Assembly (NCBI GenBank): GCA_943788815.1
Contig: CALSRS010000002.1
Span: 230,636-294,635, forward strand
Direction: 5' to 3'
Length of the DNA stretch: 64,000 bases
Origin: an uncultured Gammaproteobacteria bacterium
GTDB lineage: Bacteria; Pseudomonadota; Gammaproteobacteria; Eutrophobiales; Eutrophobiaceae
This document shows, piece after piece, positions 8,564 to 17,989 of this stretch. The notes beneath the pieces were generated by a model. The model made no database searches, was not told where the DNA came from, and saw only the letters and a list, made by a program, of their open reading frames with translations. How positions within the stretch are numbered: the stretch's first letter is position 1; each line of letters opens with the position of its first letter. The position numbers and the translations under genes are program-made.

Positions 8564-9940
8564 TTAGACAAACTTGTAAACAGGTTTCTTTTTCAGTGCC
8601 TTTAATTCGCGTGAGACGATGTCAATCGTTGAACGAATTTCTTCTTCGGTATGTGATGAGCTCAGAAAGAAACGTAACCTGGCAGCACGCTCTTCTACTG
8701 CCGGATAAATTATGGGTTGTACATTAACTCCATGCTCATACAAAAGATTAGACAATTTTGCCGCAATAAGTGAACTTCCAACAATAACCGGAATTACTGA
8801 ATAACCTTCGCAATATCCCGTATCCAAACCAGCATTTTTGGCAAGTTCAAAGAACAGATTCGCATTCGACTGGAGTTTTGTCACGCGCTCAGGTTCTTCT
8901 TTTAGTATATGCAATGCCTCCAGGGCTGCCGCAGCTACTGGAGGCGACATACCCACACTGTAAACAAAGCCTGGTGAAGTATATTTAAGATTTTCAATTA
9001 AAGAATGCTTGCCACAGACATAACCACCACATGCTGCCAGGGATTTACTTAAAGTACCCATTAAAATATCTATTTGATCTGCGTTAATATTGAAATGCTC
9101 TGCTATACCAAATCCTTTCTTTCCCAAAACACCAATTGAATGAGCTTCATCAACCATCAGAAAAACTTTGTGGTGGTTTTTTATTTCTATAAATTTTGGA
9201 ATATCAGGAATGTCTCCATCCATGCTGTACATGCCCTCGGTAACGATCAATACCCGCTCATATTGTCGCCGATTATTTTCGAGCATCTGGTTTAGTGATT
9301 GAAAATCATTATGTGGAAACGTCAAACGTTTTGAACCTGAGAGTATTGCTCCTTGGATAATACTATTGTGAGCTAATGAATCATGTAGGATTAAATCCTT
9401 TTTACCAAACAAACTACCTATGGTGGTGACATTTGTAGCATGCCCACTGACATAAACTACACAATCCTCTGTACCATGAACTTCTGCCAACGCAATTTCT
9501 AACTCACGGTGTATAGGACGTTCTCCAGATACTGGTCTACTGGCTGATGCTGATGTGCCATAATGGTCGATAGCAGTTTTCGCTGCCTTGGATACTCGGG
9601 GATGACCATTTAATCCAAGATAGTTATAGCTTGAATAATTAATGAATTTTCGACCATCGATGGATGTTGAATTATTTGCCACCCCAGTATGGCAACGAAA
9701 AAATGGGTTTTGGATTCCAAATTTTTCAGCTGCACTAGCTTGAATATGTAATTGTTTTAGACCTGGCAAATCATCAATATTGTAATATTCTGCAGGAATC
9801 TCTTTCTTAAAAGCCGTTAGATTTGCTTTTTCCCGCACATCGTATGTGTTCCCGGTTTTTTGCCGTTGACGCATACGGTCTATCAGCCGTTTCTTATGCT
9901 CGCTTGATAAGCCGAATAAATTTTTACCGCTTTCTGTCAT
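8564..9940 (-). CDS. wcbT: PLP-dependent alpha-oxoamine synthase (BioF/serine palmitoyltransferase family), WcbT/RkpG-type
   Basis: Motifs SYNYLGL, DSLAHNS, DEAHS, PLP-lysine GTLSKS and ARLRFF; ATGA overlap with the PKS stop codon. Confidence 0.85.
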   Translation of the reverse strand: MTESGKNLFGLSSEHKKRLIDRMRQRQKTGNTYDVREKANLTAFKKEIPAEYYNIDDLPGLKQLHIQASAAEKFGIQNPFFRCHTGVANNSTSIDGRKFINYSSYNYLGLNGHPRVSKAAKTAIDHYGTSASASRPVSGERPIHRELEIALAEVHGTEDCVVYVSGHATNVTTIGSLFGKKDLILHDSLAHNSIIQGAILSGSKRLTFPHNDFQSLNQMLENNRRQYERVLIVTEGMYSMDGDIPDIPKFIEIKNHHKVFLMVDEAHSIGVLGKKGFGIAEHFNINADQIDILMGTLSKSLAACGGYVCGKHSLIENLKYTSPGFVYSVGMSPPVAAAALEALHILKEEPERVTKLQSNANLFFELAKNAGLDTGYCEGYSVIPVIVGSSLIAAKLSNLLYEHGVNVQPIIYPAVEERAARLRFFLSSSHTEEEIRSTIDIVSRELKALKKKPVYKFV

Positions 9941-12900
9941 TGAATAAGACGCTTCGAACCATCTCTGGCATTGATTGCATCATCGGATATAGATTTGAGT
10001 TCATCTTCTGTAAGGTTTTCTGCATGAATTTTTGCCAGTGAGGTAACTATCTCATCTACATCACTATTGCTTTCACCGTGTAAATCTGCCGGTTCAAGCA
10101 TGTTATTTATTCTATTTGCAAGACTATCCAGGGTAACGTTATCTGCCAGGGTCATCACTGGGAGATTAATACCTAATTTATTTTCTATAGTTGATGCCAG
10201 CTCCATTGCCATTAATGAATCTATCCCCAAATCCTGAATAGTACAGTTATGAGCTATTTTTTCTTCTGGCATCTGCAATATTCTTGCAATCTCACATATC
10301 AGGAAATTTACTATAAATGGCTGGCGTTCAGAGTCATCTAAGCGTGATAAAGTGCCATAGAGATCTTCCCCTTCAAGATGATCATGCCCTGACTGTCCAT
10401 GCAAAATATCTTTAAACAAATGTGAATTAATTATAGGTAATGCACGTTTTAATGCCTGCCAGTTGGCATTGAATACAATCGTCTCAACATGTTCGGACAT
10501 TATTAATGTCTCCATGGCATTAAAAGCCTGTTTACTTTTAATCCCTCCCAACCCAAGACGTTTTGTAATCCGTTCTGCAAGTTTTGTATTTCTGGCAAGA
10601 TATCCGGTATCTGTAATTGCATCCCAGGAAATTACGGTAGCGGGCAAACCTGACTTTGTCCTGAATTTAGCCAGTGACTCTAAAAATGCATTTGCAGCTA
10701 CATAATTTACTTGTCCTGGATTACCCAGGCACGTGGTCACCGAAGAATACATTACAAAAAGATCCAAACTAGAATCCCTGGTTAAACGATGTAGGTTCCA
10801 TGCCCCCTGAACTTTAGGAGCAATAACGTTATACATGGTCTCAAAGTCCATATTCTTAATGAGATTATCTTCCAGAACCATTGCTGCATGCACAATTCCT
10901 TTTAATGGATAGCTGCTTTCCTGTATATCATGCAACACAGACTGTACTTTAATGGCATCAGTAATATCACAGGCAACTAATTTAACATCCACATCTTTGT
11001 CTTGTATCTCTTTTAATGCAATTTCATTTTCCAGTGAAATTGAACCTGATCTACTTAATAAGACAAGGTGCCGAGCACCTTTATCTGCAAGCCAGTTTGC
11101 AGTTGACAGTCCAAATCCACTTAATCCACCTGTTACCATATAGGTTGCATTTCGATTTAATTCCAGATTTTGCTTATTGAGCTTTGCATGAATTTTCAAC
11201 GTGCTGGTATTGTGAGAGATAACCACCTTACCTATATGATGAGATTGCTGCATAAAGCGAAATGCACCACTGACATCAGAAGTTGGAAAAACCGTAAAAG
11301 GTAAAGGTCGAAATACGCCTTGTTCAAATAATGACATAACCTCGCCCATCATTTCACTTGAACGTTCCTGCTCAAATTGCAATAACTGGTCTGCATCGAC
11401 ACCATAATAGGTAATATTATTTCTAAAAGGTTTAAGGTCCAGTTTAGAATTTTCATAAAAATCCCGTTTCCCTAATTCAACAAACCGTCCAAAGGGACGC
11501 AAGACCTTGAAATTTTGAATCATTGCTTCACCGGCAAGTGAATTTAGTACAACATCAATGCCCTGATTGTCAGTCTTAGCCAATATTTCATCAGCAAATT
11601 CCAGGGTGCGCGAATCAAGTATATGGTCAACGCCAAGCAATTCTAAAAATTGACGTTTTTCACGAGTTCCAGCTGTAGCGAAAATTTCTGCGCCGCAATG
11701 GTGTGCATACTGTATTGCTGCTATACCTACACCACCTGCTGCGCCATGGATAAGGATTTTCTCTCCTTTCCTTAGTCTAGCCATATGGTTTAATGCATAA
11801 TATACGGTGAAGAATGTCGTTGGAATCGTCGCGGCTGCTTCAAAACTCCAGAATTCTGGCTTTTTAGTTACTGCATATTTTGATGCAATCACATGCGAGG
11901 AGAAACATGCCGGTGCAAGTGCAATTACTTCATCCCCAACTTCAATATGATCTATTCCTTCTCCAATATGGGTAACGACACCAGAACATTCCAGCCCCAA
12001 TGTTGGTCCGGACAATCCACCCTCAAGCATTTCGGGCGGTAATAATCCAGATGTATACATAACGTCTCTAAAATTAAGACCCGTAGCTTTCACTTCAATT
12101 TCAATTTGGTCTACAGCTGGTAGTTTTCGCTGTTTCGCATTCCATTGCAGGTTATCAATGCTTCCAGCTTTAGTAAATTCTAACTGGTATATTTTATTTA
12201 AACTTTGTAATTTTTCTCTATTAACAATTTCAGATGCAATATCACATTTTTGAAGCCTTAATGCCGATCTTATCTGCTCTGATATAATTATTTCCTCTTC
12301 ACCATCGCCAAACATGATTTCATTCCAAAGCAGTTTACTGACTTGACCGGATGATGCCTGAGTTTTCAGGTCTATCATTCGCAAGTCAACATCCGGAAAT
12401 TCATTTCTAATGACTCTTCCCATTGCCCATAATCCTGACAGGTATGGATTAGGCTGCTCATCATTTCCAATGACATTAGAACTTGTCACAGCCCCTGATG
12501 TAACCAACCAGACTGGAGGCAAGTTATTGATACTTGCAGATGCCAGGATATTTATAAAATTATTTAATCTAATGTTCGTTCTGGAAACTCCCTCACCAAT
12601 ATTTTGAAACGCTGCTCTACTAATATTGTCTTCTTTAACCGCAATATATATTATCTTAAGTGATGGACCATCGAGCTCTTCAATGCATACTTGTAGCTTT
12701 TTCTGGTCATTTTCAGACAGTAGATCAAGAGAAACAGTATCTTTGTTTTTGGGCAGAATATCGCCACTGGTTATTATTTTTGCTTTAACCCCGTCCTTGA
12801 CCATTTCTGACTTAAGAAATTTGGCAATCTTAGCTGATTCCTCATCATCATTGGTTATCAACAGACATGTAGATGTATGTTCCTGAATCTTGAGCATGTG

Positions 12901-15900
12901 GTTGCCCGACCTGGGAGGCCTTCTTGAAACAATTACATAATGATATAAATCCTTGCTTATTTCATCTGTCAAATTCAAGGTATCTTCAAAATCTGAATCC
13001 TCTAGTAAAAACATCCATTCTTCGGGATGCAATCTGGAAGACAATGGAAATTCTTCTTTAGATGACCGATGCCACCATTGAGAATTGACTAATCCCATAT
13101 TTAAATCTGCCATCCTATCGGGGCGTTGTTCTAACAGTATGAGCATGCCTGAGGATGCCAGAATATGTGACACTTGTGAAAAAACATCCCTTAATACATT
13201 ACAAGCATGGAAGCCATCAGATAATATAACGATATCAAATTCACCTTCCTTGTTTTTTTGATGCAAGCCCGAGCTGTCCGGGTCAAAGTGGGATACGGTC
13301 ACATTCAGGTTGCTACGGCACATTTCTTCTGCATGTGAAAATGAATAATCATCCATTGCTAGAATTTCATAGTCACATACACTTTCAGACAATTGAGGCA
13401 GTACATCAATACCTGAAGTTCCAGAATGATTTCTAATTTCAGCTATTCTTAATCTTCTTTTTTCTTTTGGCCATGATTGATTAATTAAGTTAACAATATT
13501 TTCCAGTATATACGCTTGAAGTGGCGATTTAATTTTTGAAATCGCCTTTGGCATACCTTTTTGTAAATCTTCAGTATCTAAATTTGGATCTGAGATTATA
13601 TTTTCAGCTCTCAAGCCGAGATTAGCCGCCTCCCTTAATGCACCTATATATTCCGGGTAGTCTGCTAATATAGAACGCCATATTTCTACAGGGTCATCAA
13701 TATCATCTGAATCGACCATCCTCCAGGAATCATCCTGTCTGTAAGCTTTGCCATCCTGCTCAAGTATACTAAGCAGATAATTCAAATAAGGTTGATATTC
13801 CTTAACTACCATTGATGACTCAATTAATGATGCAATTGTGAATTGCCCCAGATGCGCTCCAAATTCTCTGAATGTCTTCTCTGCTATCGCTGATGCCATT
13901 GCATCAAACAATGGCAATATCTGTTCGTTTAATCTGAGATCTGAACTTATCAGGCTTGGTGTATGAGAGATTTTTCTAACTTCGCTAATAAGATCATTGT
14001 TAGATGGCAATGGTGAATTCTCACCAAGATTTATCAAATTTTTAGGTATGAGTTTGTAGTTATAAAATCCTGCCGTATTATTTTTACCTTCAGATCTAGG
14101 TAATTTCCGAAACACGCAATCTACCAGCTCAGCATTTAATTTTCCGTCTTCATCATACAAATAAAATGATGCATGAATAATATTTTCTGTCGTTGACTGA
14201 ATTACACATTCACTATATTTAATATTGTCTGACAGCTCTCTTACCAATAAAGAATTTATTTCTGTTGGTAAATATGTAAAGGGAAATTGCTGACTATCAC
14301 CAAGTTGCATTAGCGTGAATAAAGAATGAAATGCTGAATCTAAAATAGTTGGGTGAATTAAATAAGCTGCGCTGTCATTTTGTTCAAAAGCAGTCCTGTC
14401 AAATTCGGTAAATACCCTCTCATCATTTGTTATGACTACCCTACTAACTTTTTGAAAATTCTCCCCATATTCCAATCCGCAAATACGTGCATTTTTATAG
14501 ACATCAGCACCAGTTATTTGAATATGGTTATCCCTATCGAGTACATCAGGGTCAAGATTATTCCGAATTTGTTTCGTAGATACAGTGTTTAATTTTCCTG
14601 TGGCATGTTCAACCCATGATTCTGTGCTTAAACGATCACGACTTTTAATACTAAACCGGTTGTCTGAACTTAGCACAAACTGTATCAGCTTGGTTTTACC
14701 ATTTTCCAGAATTAATGGTTTTCGAATTTCGAAATTGCTGATGCTGATAGTCTCATTATCAAACACAGATGCTGCTGCAGCCAATGCCATTTCTGCATAT
14801 CCCGCTGCAGGAAAAATAATCATTCCTTCAACACGATGATCTGAAAGATATGGATGTGTAAAAATATCAATATGATTTGACCAGACGCCATCTACATCAT
14901 TTAACTTAAAGCCGAGCAAGGGGTGCTCTTTACGCTTATTAGTTGCTTCTATGGAGCCAGTAAAAATAAAGTCTTCATTATTCCAAGGGTAACCAGGCAG
15001 TTGAACATGCTTACCGGGAACTGGGAAAACATTACTCAAATCAAATATTTTTTGACTAAATAAAAGTCGGTAACCTGCGCCGAGTATCGAGACCAATTCA
15101 TGTTTATCATTTTTTGATAATGTCTTATAAAAAGCACCCTGAACATCATGAATTCTTAAATTATCACGGATATAGGACTGCAACACGGGATGTGGCCCTA
15201 TTTCCACAAAATTTTTCACTCCCTGGTCTATGAGACTACTTATTGCTGCTTCAAATTCAACTGGATGCCGAATATTTTCCCACCAATACTCGGCGTTTAA
15301 TGTTGAACCTTTGACAGATTTACCACTGATTGTAGATATAAAATCGATGCTGTTTTCTTTTGGTTTTATGTCTTGCAAGTTTTCATATACATAGTTTTTG
15401 ATACTATCCATGATGTTACTATGAAACGCGTAATCGATATCGAGCTCTCGACATGTAACCGATTGTTCCTGCAACACATCAATCAATACTCGGATTGCTT
15501 CTGTGCTACCCGATACGGTAACCGAATTTGGGGAATTAATTGCTGCAATCTCCAGGTCATTTCCATGATTTTCTAAAAACGGAGTTATGTCTTCAACAGA
15601 CAGCCGTACTGCCGCCATTCGCCCTTGACCTTTTGTTTTTCCCTGAGCACTACTACGATAAAAAATAACCTTAACGGCGTCGTCTAAGTTCAGAGCACCT
15701 GCCACATACGCAGCGGCAATTTCACCAACACTGTGCCCAAGAACAAATCCAGGAAAAATCCCCATGGATTTAAGTAGATCTACAATTCCAACCTGTATAG
15801 CGAATAATAAGGGCTGTGCAACCTCGGTATATTCCAGCCCGCTGTCAGAATAATTACTGATGGTATCTAAGATCGACCAACCTGACATAGGCTCAAATAT

Positions 15901-17604
15901 TGCGTCTATTTCCTGGATAACATTACAAAACTGAGAATGCTGGACCAGTTCTTTCCCCATACCAATCCACTGAGAACCATTCCCTGAAAAAACGAACGCC
16001 ACGCCTCCCGATTGTGACATGGAATCCATTCTTACAATATTTGCAGACCGCTTACCGTCTATAAAATTCTGTAAACTATTAATAATGACTTCTAATGAGT
16101 CCCCGAAAGTCACCAACGAAAGTTTAAGCTGCTCTCTTTTTAAAGCCGAATTATAGAAAATGTCATATATCTGTTTTGAAGTTAATTCCTGATTCAACAA
16201 ATCGATAAACTGTTTTGCTCTACTTTTGAGAGACTCTTCACTCTGAGCACTTAAAAATAACGGTGGTATCCCATCGATATCATAAGTGTCTTTACTTACA
16301 GAATTCGGGATATGTTCTTCAAGGATAGTATGAGCGTTCGTTCCACCAAACCCAAAAGAATTTACTCCCATAATTAATGAGCGTTCAAGCTGATCCAGTA
16401 ATTTAGTTTTATTGACAACTTTTATATTATTTTTTGTGAAGTCAATATTTGGATTAAGCTGATTTTGATGAATAGTTGGAGGGATTAAGCGATGCTTTAA
16501 ACTAAGAATAACTTTCAAGAGACCAGCAAACCCGGACGCAGGTTCTAGATGTCCTATATTCGATTTAACTGATCCGATAAGCAATGGATTATCTGCTGAC
16601 CTGGCGCTACCGATAGCTCTTCCAATGGCTTCTACTTCAATGGGATCTCCTACCGGCGTCCCTGTTCCATGTGCTTCGATATAATCTATTTCATCGATAT
16701 TAACACCGGCTCTGGTATACACTTCATCTAATAGCCTGGATTGGGCGATACCATTTGGTACGGTCAATGCAGATTTAGTACCATCTGAATTAACACCAGT
16801 ACCGCGGATGAGTGCGTGCACAGGATCCCCATCCTTAATTGCCTGTTCATAGGGTTTTAAATAAAAAACGACGCCGCCTTCTGAACGCACATACCCATCT
16901 GCACTCGCATCAAAAACCTGGCATCGTCCTGTATTGGATAACATATTGGCCTTGGAAAATCCGATGAATGGAAAGGGACTCAATACAAGGTGTACAGCAC
17001 CGACTATGCTACTACTAGATTCACCAGACCAAATACTCGAACAGGCTTGATGTAATGCTACCAGGGAGGATGAACAGGCTGTATCTATCGCCATACTTGG
17101 ACCATGTAGATCATAAATATAGGAGATTCGATTTGCCGCGATGCTTAAGGTATTACCAGTCATAAAATAGGCATCGGCTACATTTGGATCATCCATCCTG
17201 TTATTGGCATAGTCGAGACTGGAGATACCAACATAAACAGAACAGTCGGATCCTGCGAGTTTACTTGGAACCTGCCCACCATATTCCAATGCCTCCCAGC
17301 TCATTTGTAATAATAATCGCTGCTGAGGATCCATCTGCGCAGCTTCACGAGGAGAAATACCAAAAAATTCTGGATCAAACTTGTAAATATCTGAAAGCTG
17401 TCCGGCCGATACAGTATAAGATTTACCAGAGGTCTTAGGATCTGGGTGGTAGTAATAGTCCCTGGACCATCGATCATCCTTGATTTCAGTGATGACATCT
17501 GTCCCGGAACAAAGCATTTCCCAAAATTGGTCAGGACTGTTACACGAACCTGGAAAACGACATGCCATACCCACGACAGCTATTGGTTGCTGCGATTTTT
17601 TCAA
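9937..17604 (-). CDS. wcbR: Reducing type I polyketide synthase KS-AT-DH-(pseudo-MT)-ER-KR-ACP, WcbR/RkpA-type, no thioesterase
   Basis: KS DTACSSS/HGTGT/NIGHLEPASG; AT GHSVG/YAFHS; DH HRVEGMIIFP and HPTILD; ER HGAAGGVG; KR TGGLSGFG/GNPGQVNYVAAN; ACP LGIDSLM. Confidence 0.9.
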   Translation of the reverse strand: MKKSQQPIAVVGMACRFPGSCNSPDQFWEMLCSGTDVITEIKDDRWSRDYYYHPDPKTSGKSYTVSAGQLSDIYKFDPEFFGISPREAAQMDPQQRLLLQMSWEALEYGGQVPSKLAGSDCSVYVGISSLDYANNRMDDPNVADAYFMTGNTLSIAANRISYIYDLHGPSMAIDTACSSSLVALHQACSSIWSGESSSSIVGAVHLVLSPFPFIGFSKANMLSNTGRCQVFDASADGYVRSEGGVVFYLKPYEQAIKDGDPVHALIRGTGVNSDGTKSALTVPNGIAQSRLLDEVYTRAGVNIDEIDYIEAHGTGTPVGDPIEVEAIGRAIGSARSADNPLLIGSVKSNIGHLEPASGFAGLLKVILSLKHRLIPPTIHQNQLNPNIDFTKNNIKVVNKTKLLDQLERSLIMGVNSFGFGGTNAHTILEEHIPNSVSKDTYDIDGIPPLFLSAQSEESLKSRAKQFIDLLNQELTSKQIYDIFYNSALKREQLKLSLVTFGDSLEVIINSLQNFIDGKRSANIVRMDSMSQSGGVAFVFSGNGSQWIGMGKELVQHSQFCNVIQEIDAIFEPMSGWSILDTISNYSDSGLEYTEVAQPLLFAIQVGIVDLLKSMGIFPGFVLGHSVGEIAAAYVAGALNLDDAVKVIFYRSSAQGKTKGQGRMAAVRLSVEDITPFLENHGNDLEIAAINSPNSVTVSGSTEAIRVLIDVLQEQSVTCRELDIDYAFHSNIMDSIKNYVYENLQDIKPKENSIDFISTISGKSVKGSTLNAEYWWENIRHPVEFEAAISSLIDQGVKNFVEIGPHPVLQSYIRDNLRIHDVQGAFYKTLSKNDKHELVSILGAGYRLLFSQKIFDLSNVFPVPGKHVQLPGYPWNNEDFIFTGSIEATNKRKEHPLLGFKLNDVDGVWSNHIDIFTHPYLSDHRVEGMIIFPAAGYAEMALAAAASVFDNETISISNFEIRKPLILENGKTKLIQFVLSSDNRFSIKSRDRLSTESWVEHATGKLNTVSTKQIRNNLDPDVLDRDNHIQITGADVYKNARICGLEYGENFQKVSRVVITNDERVFTEFDRTAFEQNDSAAYLIHPTILDSAFHSLFTLMQLGDSQQFPFTYLPTEINSLLVRELSDNIKYSECVIQSTTENIIHASFYLYDEDGKLNAELVDCVFRKLPRSEGKNNTAGFYNYKLIPKNLINLGENSPLPSNNDLISEVRKISHTPSLISSDLRLNEQILPLFDAMASAIAEKTFREFGAHLGQFTIASLIESSMVVKEYQPYLNYLLSILEQDGKAYRQDDSWRMVDSDDIDDPVEIWRSILADYPEYIGALREAANLGLRAENIISDPNLDTEDLQKGMPKAISKIKSPLQAYILENIVNLINQSWPKEKRRLRIAEIRNHSGTSGIDVLPQLSESVCDYEILAMDDYSFSHAEEMCRSNLNVTVSHFDPDSSGLHQKNKEGEFDIVILSDGFHACNVLRDVFSQVSHILASSGMLILLEQRPDRMADLNMGLVNSQWWHRSSKEEFPLSSRLHPEEWMFLLEDSDFEDTLNLTDEISKDLYHYVIVSRRPPRSGNHMLKIQEHTSTCLLITNDDEESAKIAKFLKSEMVKDGVKAKIITSGDILPKNKDTVSLDLLSENDQKKLQVCIEELDGPSLKIIYIAVKEDNISRAAFQNIGEGVSRTNIRLNNFINILASASINNLPPVWLVTSGAVTSSNVIGNDEQPNPYLSGLWAMGRVIRNEFPDVDLRMIDLKTQASSGQVSKLLWNEIMFGDGEEEIIISEQIRSALRLQKCDIASEIVNREKLQSLNKIYQLEFTKAGSIDNLQWNAKQRKLPAVDQIEIEVKATGLNFRDVMYTSGLLPPEMLEGGLSGPTLGLECSGVVTHIGEGIDHIEVGDEVIALAPACFSSHVIASKYAVTKKPEFWSFEAAATIPTTFFTVYYALNHMARLRKGEKILIHGAAGGVGIAAIQYAHHCGAEIFATAGTREKRQFLELLGVDHILDSRTLEFADEILAKTDNQGIDVVLNSLAGEAMIQNFKVLRPFGRFVELGKRDFYENSKLDLKPFRNNITYYGVDADQLLQFEQERSSEMMGEVMSLFEQGVFRPLPFTVFPTSDVSGAFRFMQQSHHIGKVVISHNTSTLKIHAKLNKQNLELNRNATYMVTGGLSGFGLSTANWLADKGARHLVLLSRSGSISLENEIALKEIQDKDVDVKLVACDITDAIKVQSVLHDIQESSYPLKGIVHAAMVLEDNLIKNMDFETMYNVIAPKVQGAWNLHRLTRDSSLDLFVMYSSVTTCLGNPGQVNYVAANAFLESLAKFRTKSGLPATVISWDAITDTGYLARNTKLAERITKRLGLGGIKSKQAFNAMETLIMSEHVETIVFNANWQALKRALPIINSHLFKDILHGQSGHDHLEGEDLYGTLSRLDDSERQPFIVNFLICEIARILQMPEEKIAHNCTIQDLGIDSLMAMELASTIENKLGINLPVMTLADNVTLDSLANRINNMLEPADLHGESNSDVDEIVTSLAKIHAENLTEDELKSISDDAINARDGSKRLIQ

Positions 17605-17989
17605 AATGATTTATCCATTAATATTTAATCAACTTCCGGCCTATAGAATAAGTCAAAAACTTCTATAATTCAATTAGTTATATTAATATATTAAAAAGCT
17701 TATCGTATACTTTGTTACAACTGGATATAGAATATATGAAGTCCTTGATTTAGCAGCCATTTCACACTTATTTACTCAAATACTAATCATTTTTTAGCTT
17801 ATTATTAAGGATTAATTATTAGGATGTGATGTGTATAACAGTTTTAACGCCACATCAGGATTTTCGCTGACAAACATTGAAATTCTATGAGGCAAATAGA
17901 TGGAATAACTGGTACTTTATACGGTCTAATATCGAATCTTGAAAAGATTACCGATACTCAAAATTTTGCAATGATTTAATGGGAAGTAA

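Noticed and set aside
8564-9940. Annotation as biotin synthesis BioF
   Set aside because: No other bio genes are present; the N-terminal extension and coupling to a PKS fit WcbT/RkpG better.
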